Sequence record: MZ475895.1
Direction: 5' to 3' (one strand)
DNA length: 64,000 bases
Shown here: positions 19,113-27,700 of the stretch, piece by piece
How positions within the stretch are numbered: the stretch's first letter is position 1
Layout: every line of letters starts with the position of its first letter
The notes under the pieces: generated by a model
Databases searched by the model: none
Told to the model about the DNA's origin: nothing
The model's input: only the letters and a program-made list of their open reading frames with translations
Program-made: the position numbers and the translations under genes

Positions 19113-19374
19113 TTTTGTCCTCTAAAACAAATTGGAGAATACCCTCAATGTTTACAGCTTTCAGTTGCTGTCCTGTCTGCATCAACAGACCATTGAGCAC
19201 GCCGAGTAAATCAGCGCTGTGGCAATTGGGTGCAATCTGATGAACGAAAATATCGTCAGGGATATCACCAGGATTAAGCTGCCAAGCAGTACGCAAGGCA
19301 GCTCCCATGAATGACGGTCGTTCCACCAGTTGCTTGTTCAGAAACGAACAAACATCTTCGGCGCTCAACATCAT
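19090..19374 (-). CDS. Hypothetical protein
   Basis: 94 aa between the polymerase and the clamp. Confidence 0.55.
   Translation of the reverse strand: MMLSAEDVCSFLNKQLVERPSFMGAALRTAWQLNPGDIPDDIFVHQIAPNCHSADLLGVLNGLLMQTGQQLKAVNIEGILQFVLEDKNEDLPTS
19149..19157 (-). promoter_or_regulatory. CTGTAAACA motif upstream of the clamp gene
   Basis: 37 nt upstream of 19112. Confidence 0.5.
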
Positions 19375-22300
19375 TTCTTCGTAATCCTCTTGACTGCGTT
19401 CTTGAGGAGACTGCGGCTGATTTTGATTTTCTTCTTCGCATCACCAGCAGCTGCGGCAGCTTTCTTAGCCTTCTCTTCGGCTTCGTATGCTTCCCACTGC
19501 TTGATGTTCTTCGGAAGTTCTTTCTTCCACAGATCAATGTTCTTCTGATCTTTCTTGGTCAGAGGATTCACTTTGCCCATAGAACGAATCTTGATGCCAT
19601 TAGCCCACAGTTGCTTCTGCATCCACGTGGACATGAGATGGTACTGGTCTTCCATGATGCTATCAAGTTTCTTATCGACGTCGAGATCAGCTTCGCCCAA
19701 CTCATCACGCTTCTGCTCAAGGCCAGCACGAATATGCTTCCTGAGTTGTTCGTAAGAGAAGTCCCAGCCTTCAACATCTTTCTCTGATGCACCGATCTCA
19801 AAGTCGATCTCAGGGACAGATGTGAACTCAAACCCTGGATGACGTTTCTGTACAAGTTCGACCACTGCACTTGTCATGGCACGCTCAATCATATCAAGCG
19901 CGAGGAAAATCCAATCGTAGTGACAGTCAACGGTCAAGGAGTCATGCACCGATACGTTCATATCAAAGTCAGGATAGACACCGTTTGCTTTCCAGTACTC
20001 AAACTTCATGCGGTCCAGAATACGAATCGCACTCATCATCAAGTCAGAACCAAAGCCCTGAACGGGACTGTTTACCGCACGACGGTTACATGCTGCATGA
20101 ACCATGTTCGCGTCTTTGTGCGACTCAGGTAACATGAAGCCCCACAGGTAACGACGACGACCAACAGGCGATTCAACGAAGAAGTTCTGATGAGCAAAAC
20201 TCTGAATCTTATCAAACCACTTCAAGCCAACAGGGAAGCGTTTAAGGAACTTGCCTTTGATCTCTTCGATCTCACCAACTTCACGTCCAGTTGACTTCGC
20301 AAGACCTTTGTTACCCTGCTGGTAGATCAGTCCGAAGATTACTGTCTTAACCGCGTTACGTACGGACTTTGTTACGTCCATTACGTTTGGAATACCGAAG
20401 AAGTATGCGGCGTTAATCTTATGCACGTCACCTTCTGCTTCTACGCGGTGCTTAATCCACGGGTCAGGCACGGTACGATAACGATGACGCAACTCACGAC
20501 CTTGTTCGAATACGTCTGCTACACCTTGGTCACCCGAGATGATTGACCAACCTCTAACTTCGTGCGCCGAGTAGTCGACCTTGATTAACAGGCGATTCTT
20601 ACGCGCAATCAGAATACGTTTGATCAACTTACCCATCTCGCTACGACTCGGAACCTGTTGCAAGTTCGGGTCAGATGCAGATGTACGACCTGTCACAACT
20701 TTTAGATAGCTGTACGTTGGTCGAATCGAACGGTCATGCTTGAAGTCCTCACTCTCGCCCCACAGCTTCAACAGGCTGTTAACGTAGGCGTTCTTGAGTT
20801 TGTACGCTTTACCTAACTTGGTATACAGCGAGACAAGAGGAAGTTCTTTGTACGCCTCTTGGAAGTCTTTATCGAGCTTCGCAGACTTCTTACCGTTATC
20901 ACGGAGTTGCTCGCCTTCCTTGAGAGGTTTCAGGCGCATCACATCGATGAACAGGATTTGCTTATGCTCCTGCTTCGACATATCGAACTTCGTGACCTCG
21001 ACTTTGCCCATAAGACCCATCTTAGGAACATTGTCGTCTCTGCATATCACGGCGTTCGCTGCTTTAACTTCAGGACTCGACATGAACTCGCGTTCAACGT
21101 TTCGAATCTCTTCATTGATTGGACTGTTTGGCAAGTTGAGCTTAAACAGGTAATCAATGTCGGCACCAGCGCCTGTTGTCTCCAAGACACTGAACGCATG
21201 AATCTGGTCGGAGATTTGCTCACCCACCAGCGACTCATACTTCGTGTACTTGCTATCGACGCCACGCTTAATCTGCGACAGATAGATACGGAACGGAACG
21301 ATAACGTCAAGGCCCGCATACTCCTGTACAGCTTCGTCAAGGTCAGAGTCGGCGATTGTCGCACGCATCTCTTTACCAAACGATACTTCGTGATAAACAG
21401 TCGTACCGTACTGCATTGCAAGGTTGGCTAAGTTGTAGTAACCTTGGCCAGTAACGGTCAACAGCGATTTCGCGTTTTCATCGTTACCAAACTCACCCGC
21501 TTGAATATCCCAGACGTCAGCGCAATAACTACGAATGCCAAAGTTGGAACGCATTACGTTCAGGTCAAACTTCGCATTCGTATAGATCTGAACCTTGTTG
21601 TCGTTGTCTTCGAAGTAGTCACGGAACATATCACTAATTCGACGCAACTCTTTACCGCTGAACGGACTGTCTCTGTGATAGATTGGAATCACATAGGCTG
21701 TCTCACCGTCGCACGACAACTGCACGGTCTGAATCTTGTTTTTGATTCGATTCAGGTTCTCGGTTTCGGTATCGACTGCGACCAGCTTAGCACGCTTCAT
21801 CTTTTTCAAGATCTTCTCAAGCTGCTTAACTTTGGTCACATACACCAGCTTCCAGTTGCGATCTTTACCGCAGGTCACTGGCTTGATCGCATAGCGCATA
21901 CCCTTGTTGAGCCACGGCAACATCCAACGTGCCATGTAACCCAGAGTATACGACGATGCGTTTATCACAGCAGGGTTCAGGACTGTGTGATAACTGACGT
22001 TCGGCAGATGAATGAAGCTATGCTTCTTGCCATCGTGCTTGAGCTTGGTGGGTATCTCAACTCCGTACCAGTGCTCATAGTGTTCTTTTGAATACTGAAT
22101 CCTTTCATTGTTGAGCGCCTTGAACGGAGCTTTACCAAAAGTCAGAACGTAGTCTGGCTTGTAGTCAACAATCAGATCACGAATACGATCAGCGAATGCT
22201 TGGTCAGCATCTTCCTTGTACTGCTCAGACTTATCATACGTCTTGAACATGTTGTAGCTAACAACGAGGAAGTTCCAATCGTCTAACGTGGTCTTTGTCG

Positions 22301-22535
22301 GGAACACGTCTTCGAGATACTGAATCTGATTCAAGAACAAATCGCCTTCTGTGCTGCTAAAGATCTTACCATTACGCAGGTCTTCAGTTGGCATGTGATC
22401 GAGGACAAGTAGTGCTTTACCGCCTTTGGCGCTTTTACTAACGCCTTTTAAAATACGAACCCCGTCATAAGTCTGCACGTCGGCAAACTGTTCAGGTGGA
22501 TCGAAGTCAAGAGCAACGTGCTTGATTTTCACCAT
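19371..22535 (-). CDS. polA: Family A DNA polymerase with an N-terminal UDG-like domain and a 3'-5' exonuclease
   Basis: Exo VAVDTETE / NAKFDL / YAGLD; TGRTSASDPNLQQVP; motif A DYSAHEVR; motif B RNAVKTVIFGLIY; motif C VHDS. Confidence 0.95.
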   Translation of the reverse strand: MVKIKHVALDFDPPEQFADVQTYDGVRILKGVSKSAKGGKALLVLDHMPTEDLRNGKIFSSTEGDLFLNQIQYLEDVFPTKTTLDDWNFLVVSYNMFKTYDKSEQYKEDADQAFADRIRDLIVDYKPDYVLTFGKAPFKALNNERIQYSKEHYEHWYGVEIPTKLKHDGKKHSFIHLPNVSYHTVLNPAVINASSYTLGYMARWMLPWLNKGMRYAIKPVTCGKDRNWKLVYVTKVKQLEKILKKMKRAKLVAVDTETENLNRIKNKIQTVQLSCDGETAYVIPIYHRDSPFSGKELRRISDMFRDYFEDNDNKVQIYTNAKFDLNVMRSNFGIRSYCADVWDIQAGEFGNDENAKSLLTVTGQGYYNLANLAMQYGTTVYHEVSFGKEMRATIADSDLDEAVQEYAGLDVIVPFRIYLSQIKRGVDSKYTKYESLVGEQISDQIHAFSVLETTGAGADIDYLFKLNLPNSPINEEIRNVEREFMSSPEVKAANAVICRDDNVPKMGLMGKVEVTKFDMSKQEHKQILFIDVMRLKPLKEGEQLRDNGKKSAKLDKDFQEAYKELPLVSLYTKLGKAYKLKNAYVNSLLKLWGESEDFKHDRSIRPTYSYLKVVTGRTSASDPNLQQVPSRSEMGKLIKRILIARKNRLLIKVDYSAHEVRGWSIISGDQGVADVFEQGRELRHRYRTVPDPWIKHRVEAEGDVHKINAAYFFGIPNVMDVTKSVRNAVKTVIFGLIYQQGNKGLAKSTGREVGEIEEIKGKFLKRFPVGLKWFDKIQSFAHQNFFVESPVGRRRYLWGFMLPESHKDANMVHAACNRRAVNSPVQGFGSDLMMSAIRILDRMKFEYWKANGVYPDFDMNVSVHDSLTVDCHYDWIFLALDMIERAMTSAVVELVQKRHPGFEFTSVPEIDFEIGASEKDVEGWDFSYEQLRKHIRAGLEQKRDELGEADLDVDKKLDSIMEDQYHLMSTWMQKQLWANGIKIRSMGKVNPLTKKDQKNIDLWKKELPKNIKQWEAYEAEEKAKKAAAAAGDAKKKIKISRSLLKNAVKRITKK

Positions 22536-22574
22536 CTAGTCCTATCAGAGTGTGTAACACAATATGATGGCTGT

Positions 22575-22583
22575 TATTTACAG
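22575..22583 (-). promoter_or_regulatory. CTGTAAATA motif upstream of polA
   Basis: 40 nt upstream of 22535, immediately downstream of a terminator. Confidence 0.6.
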
Positions 22584-22596
22584 ATTTAGAAACGAG

Positions 22597-22620
22597 AAAG
22601 GGCAGCCGAAGCCACCCTTT
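22597..22620 (-). terminator. Intrinsic terminator
   Basis: GGGUGGC-UUCG-GCUGCCC-UUUCUC. Confidence 0.8.
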
Positions 22621-22626
22621 GTGTTT

Positions 22627-23874
22627 TTATTTACATGCTTTGATTGCATCAGTGATAAGGTACTGCATGTTAAGCAGAGTAGGCTTGTTCACAGATTTAG
22701 CTCCAGTGAACTTGCCGCCCATCGTCTGAGCGGTGATCTCCCAATCATTGATATCGCCATCAAAGGCAGAGAACGGAGCCTGAATAGCGACCGTCTTGCA
22801 CTTGTGATCTTCGATAGTCGCTTCATAGTACCAGTCCGGGCCTTGGCCCATACCATCGGTATGAACTGCGCGGAACTTGTATTTGCCACCTGTAGCACGC
22901 GTCAATTGATCTGCGATTTTGTTGTGTTGCGCCTGCGTGAACTTTTCAAACTTAGCAGGGGTAACTTGCGCAAAGGCAATGTCGCCGCCCAATGGCTGGA
23001 CAGGTGGGAACAGAACATATGGACCCTTCTTAGCTGCACCGCCTTTACCGTCCGTGCTTTGCACGCCAGCAACGAATGCAGCGAACGCCTTGTCGAAGTC
23101 GTTGAACGTACCCAGCTGCTTAGCTTTGCGATTGTCTGGATGACCGTGAACTACTTCTTCAATGTGCTCACCGAACTTCACGCTAGCCACAGTGAATCTA
23201 CCTTTGCCTATGAGATCCTTATAGGAGAATTTCATGTCAGCGCTTTCACCGAAAATGATAGCAGTGTTCGGTCCGTCTGGCGACGGTGCATAGAAGTAGA
23301 AGGAGTCACTTGAGCCATCATCGGCCATGCCCCCGATAGCGGAGCCAGGAACTTTCTTCAATCCCGAGAACTTAGCAATACGCTTACCTGACAATACGTC
23401 ATCGCCATCATCAGGCTCAAACAGAGTTTGGAATTGTTCCATCGTGTGAACGACTACGCCGGAAGCAGCAGAGCCAGCAGCCTTGCCCGACTTAGCATTA
23501 GTAGCAGCTACACCACGCTTGGTCGTAGCAGCAACAGCATTACCCGCAGCAGGTTTGATTTTGATCGCACGCAGAGCATTGATGGTAGCCACCAGCGTCT
23601 TCGCCTTGTACAAGTTACGCACAGCGGTGACGAGGGTTTTACCAGCAGCTTTCTTGGCGAGGCTCTGAGTAGCATCTTCGTCTTTCAGCAGCTCAAGCAG
23701 CGTAGACAACTTAGACGTGTCTAGCTCTTTGATCTTAACCAGCTCTTCCAGACGTTTGGTAATCACAGCAGCGTTCTTACCAAACAGGATAGCGGCGTTA
23801 GCCAGCTGCGGCTTAGTCGCAGATTCAGACTTAACCGTCTGCTCTTTATCGAAATTCAATTTAATCAGTGACAT
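22627..23874 (-). CDS. Lys/Ala-rich putative internal head protein with an SxSA leader
   Basis: MSLIKLNFDKEQTVKSESA; N-terminus shared with 42320..43441 and 43452..44453. Confidence 0.6.
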   Translation of the reverse strand: MSLIKLNFDKEQTVKSESATKPQLANAAILFGKNAAVITKRLEELVKIKELDTSKLSTLLELLKDEDATQSLAKKAAGKTLVTAVRNLYKAKTLVATINALRAIKIKPAAGNAVAATTKRGVAATNAKSGKAAGSAASGVVVHTMEQFQTLFEPDDGDDVLSGKRIAKFSGLKKVPGSAIGGMADDGSSDSFYFYAPSPDGPNTAIIFGESADMKFSYKDLIGKGRFTVASVKFGEHIEEVVHGHPDNRKAKQLGTFNDFDKAFAAFVAGVQSTDGKGGAAKKGPYVLFPPVQPLGGDIAFAQVTPAKFEKFTQAQHNKIADQLTRATGGKYKFRAVHTDGMGQGPDWYYEATIEDHKCKTVAIQAPFSAFDGDINDWEITAQTMGGKFTGAKSVNKPTLLNMQYLITDAIKACK

Positions 23875-23883
23875 GTTAAGTCC

Positions 23884-24435
23884 TTACTTGCGGTTTTTAG
23901 TCCAGTTAGAGTTCTGAGGTTTCTTTTCGCTTTGTGGCGAAGTGTTTTCCTCGTTAATCTCCTCCTCGTCCTCATCTTCGTCCTCGACGACAGGCTCAGC
24001 AGCAGGCGCGGCTTCGATCTTAGTCACTTCGAGAATTTGAGAGGGCAGTGGATTCTGATTTACAGATGAAGCGACAGCAGCAGGTTCGCTTACTGTAGGC
24101 TCTACAGCAGCAGTCGCACCTACAACATGTTCGTGGACGATCTGCTTAGTCAGCAACGCGCCTTTCTCAGCGAGAATCTGATCAGCACGTTCTTGGTCCC
24201 ACTTAACCCACAGGATATCGAGACCCTTGTGTGCGTACATGAAACCCTGAGGCAGCTTACCACGGCCGTTGAATGGCAGACCGTTAGAAGGAACGCCAGG
24301 CTCGAACTCGTCCATCAGTTCCCACTTGCGCTTAGCCGTGATACACTTCGGCCCCCACACGCCATCACATGCACCATCATACAGATCGAGCATGGTCATG
24401 ATGACTTGGAGCTTCTGATAGAATTTATTCAGCAT
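23884..24435 (-). CDS. Protein with an N-terminal peptidoglycan-binding-like domain and an acidic tail
   Basis: LQVIMTMLDLYDGACDGVWGPKCITA resembles PG_binding_1 (LQxxL...DGxxGxxT); acidic EDEDEDEEE run. Confidence 0.5.
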   Translation of the reverse strand: MLNKFYQKLQVIMTMLDLYDGACDGVWGPKCITAKRKWELMDEFEPGVPSNGLPFNGRGKLPQGFMYAHKGLDILWVKWDQERADQILAEKGALLTKQIVHEHVVGATAAVEPTVSEPAAVASSVNQNPLPSQILEVTKIEAAPAAEPVVEDEDEDEEEINEENTSPQSEKKPQNSNWTKNRK

Positions 24436-24697
24436 CTTTCTTTTTCTCCGGACGAGGGACGTCTTTGCCGATGATACGTTTGAACAAACGCAGAGCCATA
24501 ACAGCTTCGGTTTGAGCCATGCGAGATTGCTGCTGGAACTGCATCGGATTTTCTTTCATCCAATCAACTACACGCTGCAACTCACGCGCATTAATCAGCT
24601 TTTGGGCCAGCTTACCTTGAAGGTACACACGAACACCAGTAGTGGTGATCTTCGCTGCACTGGTGCTCTCTGCCAAATTGATCACAATCTTAGTCAT
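24425..24697 (-). CDS. Small basic protein with an SxSA leader
   Basis: MTKIVINLAESTSAAK, 90 aa. Confidence 0.6.
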   Translation of the reverse strand: MTKIVINLAESTSAAKITTTGVRVYLQGKLAQKLINARELQRVVDWMKENPMQFQQQSRMAQTEAVMALRLFKRIIGKDVPRPEKKKDAE

Positions 24698-24709
24698 TAT
24701 CTTTTCCTT

Positions 24710-24733
24710 AAAAGAAAGGGGCCGAAGCCCCTT
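24710..24733 (-). terminator. Intrinsic terminator after the giant helicase
   Basis: GGGGC-UUCG-GCCCC-UUUCUUUU. Confidence 0.8.
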
Positions 24734-24736
24734 ATC

Positions 24737-27700
24737 TTACACTGACTTGTCTTTCGACGCAGTGAGTTTCAGTTTGGTCAATGCAGCCAGACACTGTTTC
24801 ATGTTCGGGATGCTGTAGCCAGCTTTCTGAATACGGTTGATACGCGCTTTCGCACCAGCAACGTTCTTCACGAAACTAATCCACATACCAGACGACAGGC
24901 TGAACGTACCGAACTTACGAGTGTTCGGGATTTTCGTTCCCACGAAGCGTTTCACTTTCGGGTTAGTCGCAAGGTCGAACATGATGCGCAGACGATCTTC
25001 CATCACCATCGGATATGCTTTGATGTGCTTAACATCTTTCGCAGAGGTATGACGAATCTGGAAGAACTGTTTCAACTGCGACTGCGCCTTAACAGCCAGC
25101 TGGTAGTTGAAGCTCAGCTTAGGCGTAGACTCATCGAAGAAGTCCTGAACGAACTCCAGACGGCGAGAGGACGGACCGTCAAAGTCCAGCTTCTTAGCCT
25201 CGATGAAGTCCAAGAACTTCTCAAAGTCAGAGTAGTACGCGCAGTCGATATACACGTAATCCCCGAACTCGGTGAACTCGAAGTCCTTGAGCGCTTTCGC
25301 ATCTGGGTCGGTCGCATCAGCATACAGAGCAACGAAGCCGTTGTACACAGTAGGCGTCAGCTCCAGAGACATATCGGTACCGTCGTCCAGTGTAACAGCA
25401 GTACCACGAACAGCCTTGCGCACTTTGTTGTCCAGCGGAGGAAGTTCAGCAGCCTTACGACGACGAACACGGGCAGCTGCCTGCTCTACGCCTTCGTTGA
25501 TTGGCTTACCTTCTTCTTTGTTCGCTTTACGTTGAGTAACGCGGGCGTTCTTACGCTCTTGAGCCTCAACTTTCTTCTCGGTTGCTTTCGAGTCGGCAGT
25601 TTGAGTCTCATCGGTCACGGTGTCTTCGACTTCAACGCGCTTGGCTTCTGCCTCAACACGCTTGCGGTCTTTAGCTGTCGCCCACGGCTTACGCACTTCA
25701 AAGAAGCGTTTCAGATCAGCAGGGGATACCTTACCAGCGTAATGCACTTTGTTCGCAGGCACAGTAACGATTTCCTCGCCACCAGCAAGACGAACACGCA
25801 CGGTACTGATAGGGCTGTCCGCACGCAGCTTACCGTCAGCAGTACGAACCGTAACGCTCACGATGATACCGTTACCGAACTCAGTCACAACAGGTGCACG
25901 GTTCAGCGCGTCTTTCACGTTCTCGCCACTTGAGAAGTTCTGGTTGCGTGCCCAATCAAGCAGACGCTCCAGTCCCCAGTTATGACGGTCTGGGATCTTC
26001 TGGTTAGCAACGATAGGTACCTGCTCCATGATACGGAAGTCACGCAGAGCCGGAGTAGCAGGCAGCGGCTGCATTGCTGCAATCGTTGTCTTACGCATCT
26101 CTTGGAACTCTTGCGCTTCAATATCGTTCAGGTCACGCTTGGCCAGGAAGTACGGCTTAAAGTCTTCCATCGTGTTGTTATCGATCAACAGACTTGCATT
26201 CATCTTGATTGGAGCAAGCTGATACTGGTCGAGTTTCTCGTAACGCTGGTTACCTTTCTCGTCGAAACGAGTTTTCTCCAGCGTCTTCCACATCAGACGT
26301 GCAACCTTACCTACTTCAAGAGTCTTGTTCGTCATCACCCAATCGATGAACACGGCTTCGCGTTTCATATCGCCTGGCTTACCGTTCTCATCAAGCACGG
26401 CAGCAGCAACATCAGGACGGAAGATACGCGCAGTAGACTGATCGTATGTACCCGGCGACCACGGTGTGTCACAGCGAATGATACGACTACCCATCTGCAT
26501 GTTGTGGCCTTCACTGATTGCCTGTTCGTTAGCAATCAGAATCTGCACACGGTCATCGGTCTTGAACGCGTCAAGGTTGGCCTCTTTGTTCTGGCCTAAC
26601 TTACCGACTTCACCGTGATACACAACAGCGACCTTCTTATAGTTCTCAGGCAGAGAGTTATAGATTGCGTTTGCAGCACGCGTGTAGCGAGTGAACACAA
26701 TCAACTTGCCCTGAACCTCTGGTTTCCAGTAGTCCGGGTCTTCCGGAGGTGGAACCATTGAAGGTGGCAGTGTTTGACGCTGGAACTCTTCGGACTGTTT
26801 ACGCGCCAGATACTTCTGACCCTGATAGACAGCCATATCAAGTTCACGAGGAGTAACGCCCTGCGTCCAGTTAAAGATTTGTTGCTCTTTGACCAGCGGG
26901 TCACGTTCAGGCTGCACTTCAAAGTGCTTGCGAATACGCTCGATGATGGTCAGGACTTTAGCAGAGACGAACTTGGTGACGCCCGCGTTTTCAAACGTCA
27001 GACGAGCAACGTCATCACCCATCGGGTCGGTCAGCATCATCTCCATGCGCTGGAAGTACATGTTGAGGTCAGCGTTACCTGCGAGCAATGCGCCCAGGTC
27101 ATCACCTTCTTCAATATCATCTTCGTCAATGTCGTCAGAGGCAGTAGCTTCTGCACCATCCTCTTCGTCATCTTCACCAGCAGATGCAGCACGGCGTTTG
27201 GCGTTGTTAGCAGCTTCCTGCAACTTCTCCAACACCTGAGCATACATCGCGTTATACACCTCTTGGTGCAGCGATGAGTTAGGCACAGTCGGGTCATCAA
27301 TCTCAACCTGAATGAAGGTATCGATTGGGTTCGGCAACATGAACGCCCAGTTCTTACGCTTGAACGAGATGAACGCCGTGTGGTTAGACATACGCGAGTG
27401 AGCACGACGAATCATTTCAATGTCGTCTTTCGCGCCGTCGTATGCAACGTCGAGAGAGTCACCGAACATCGCAGGCGTCATCAGTGCAGCCTGACCAACA
27501 ATGTCACGCACGCGGTCAGTTACCAGAGTACCAGTAGCGATACGCGCATAGCGAACAGATGGTGCGGTGAATACTGCTTTGGTGTTGAAGTGCACCTGAG
27601 AGCCTGACTGGCCTCCAGAGAAGTTCTTAACCTTATGCGACTCATCCAGCATAACGTAGCTGAAATTGAAGCGGTTAACGAACTCAACAGCACCACGTAC

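Noticed and set aside
19371-22535. Intein or group I intron in polA (also checked the helicases and dnaX)
   Set aside because: Motifs are contiguous at normal spacing; no C/S...HN splice junctions or LAGLIDADG blocks
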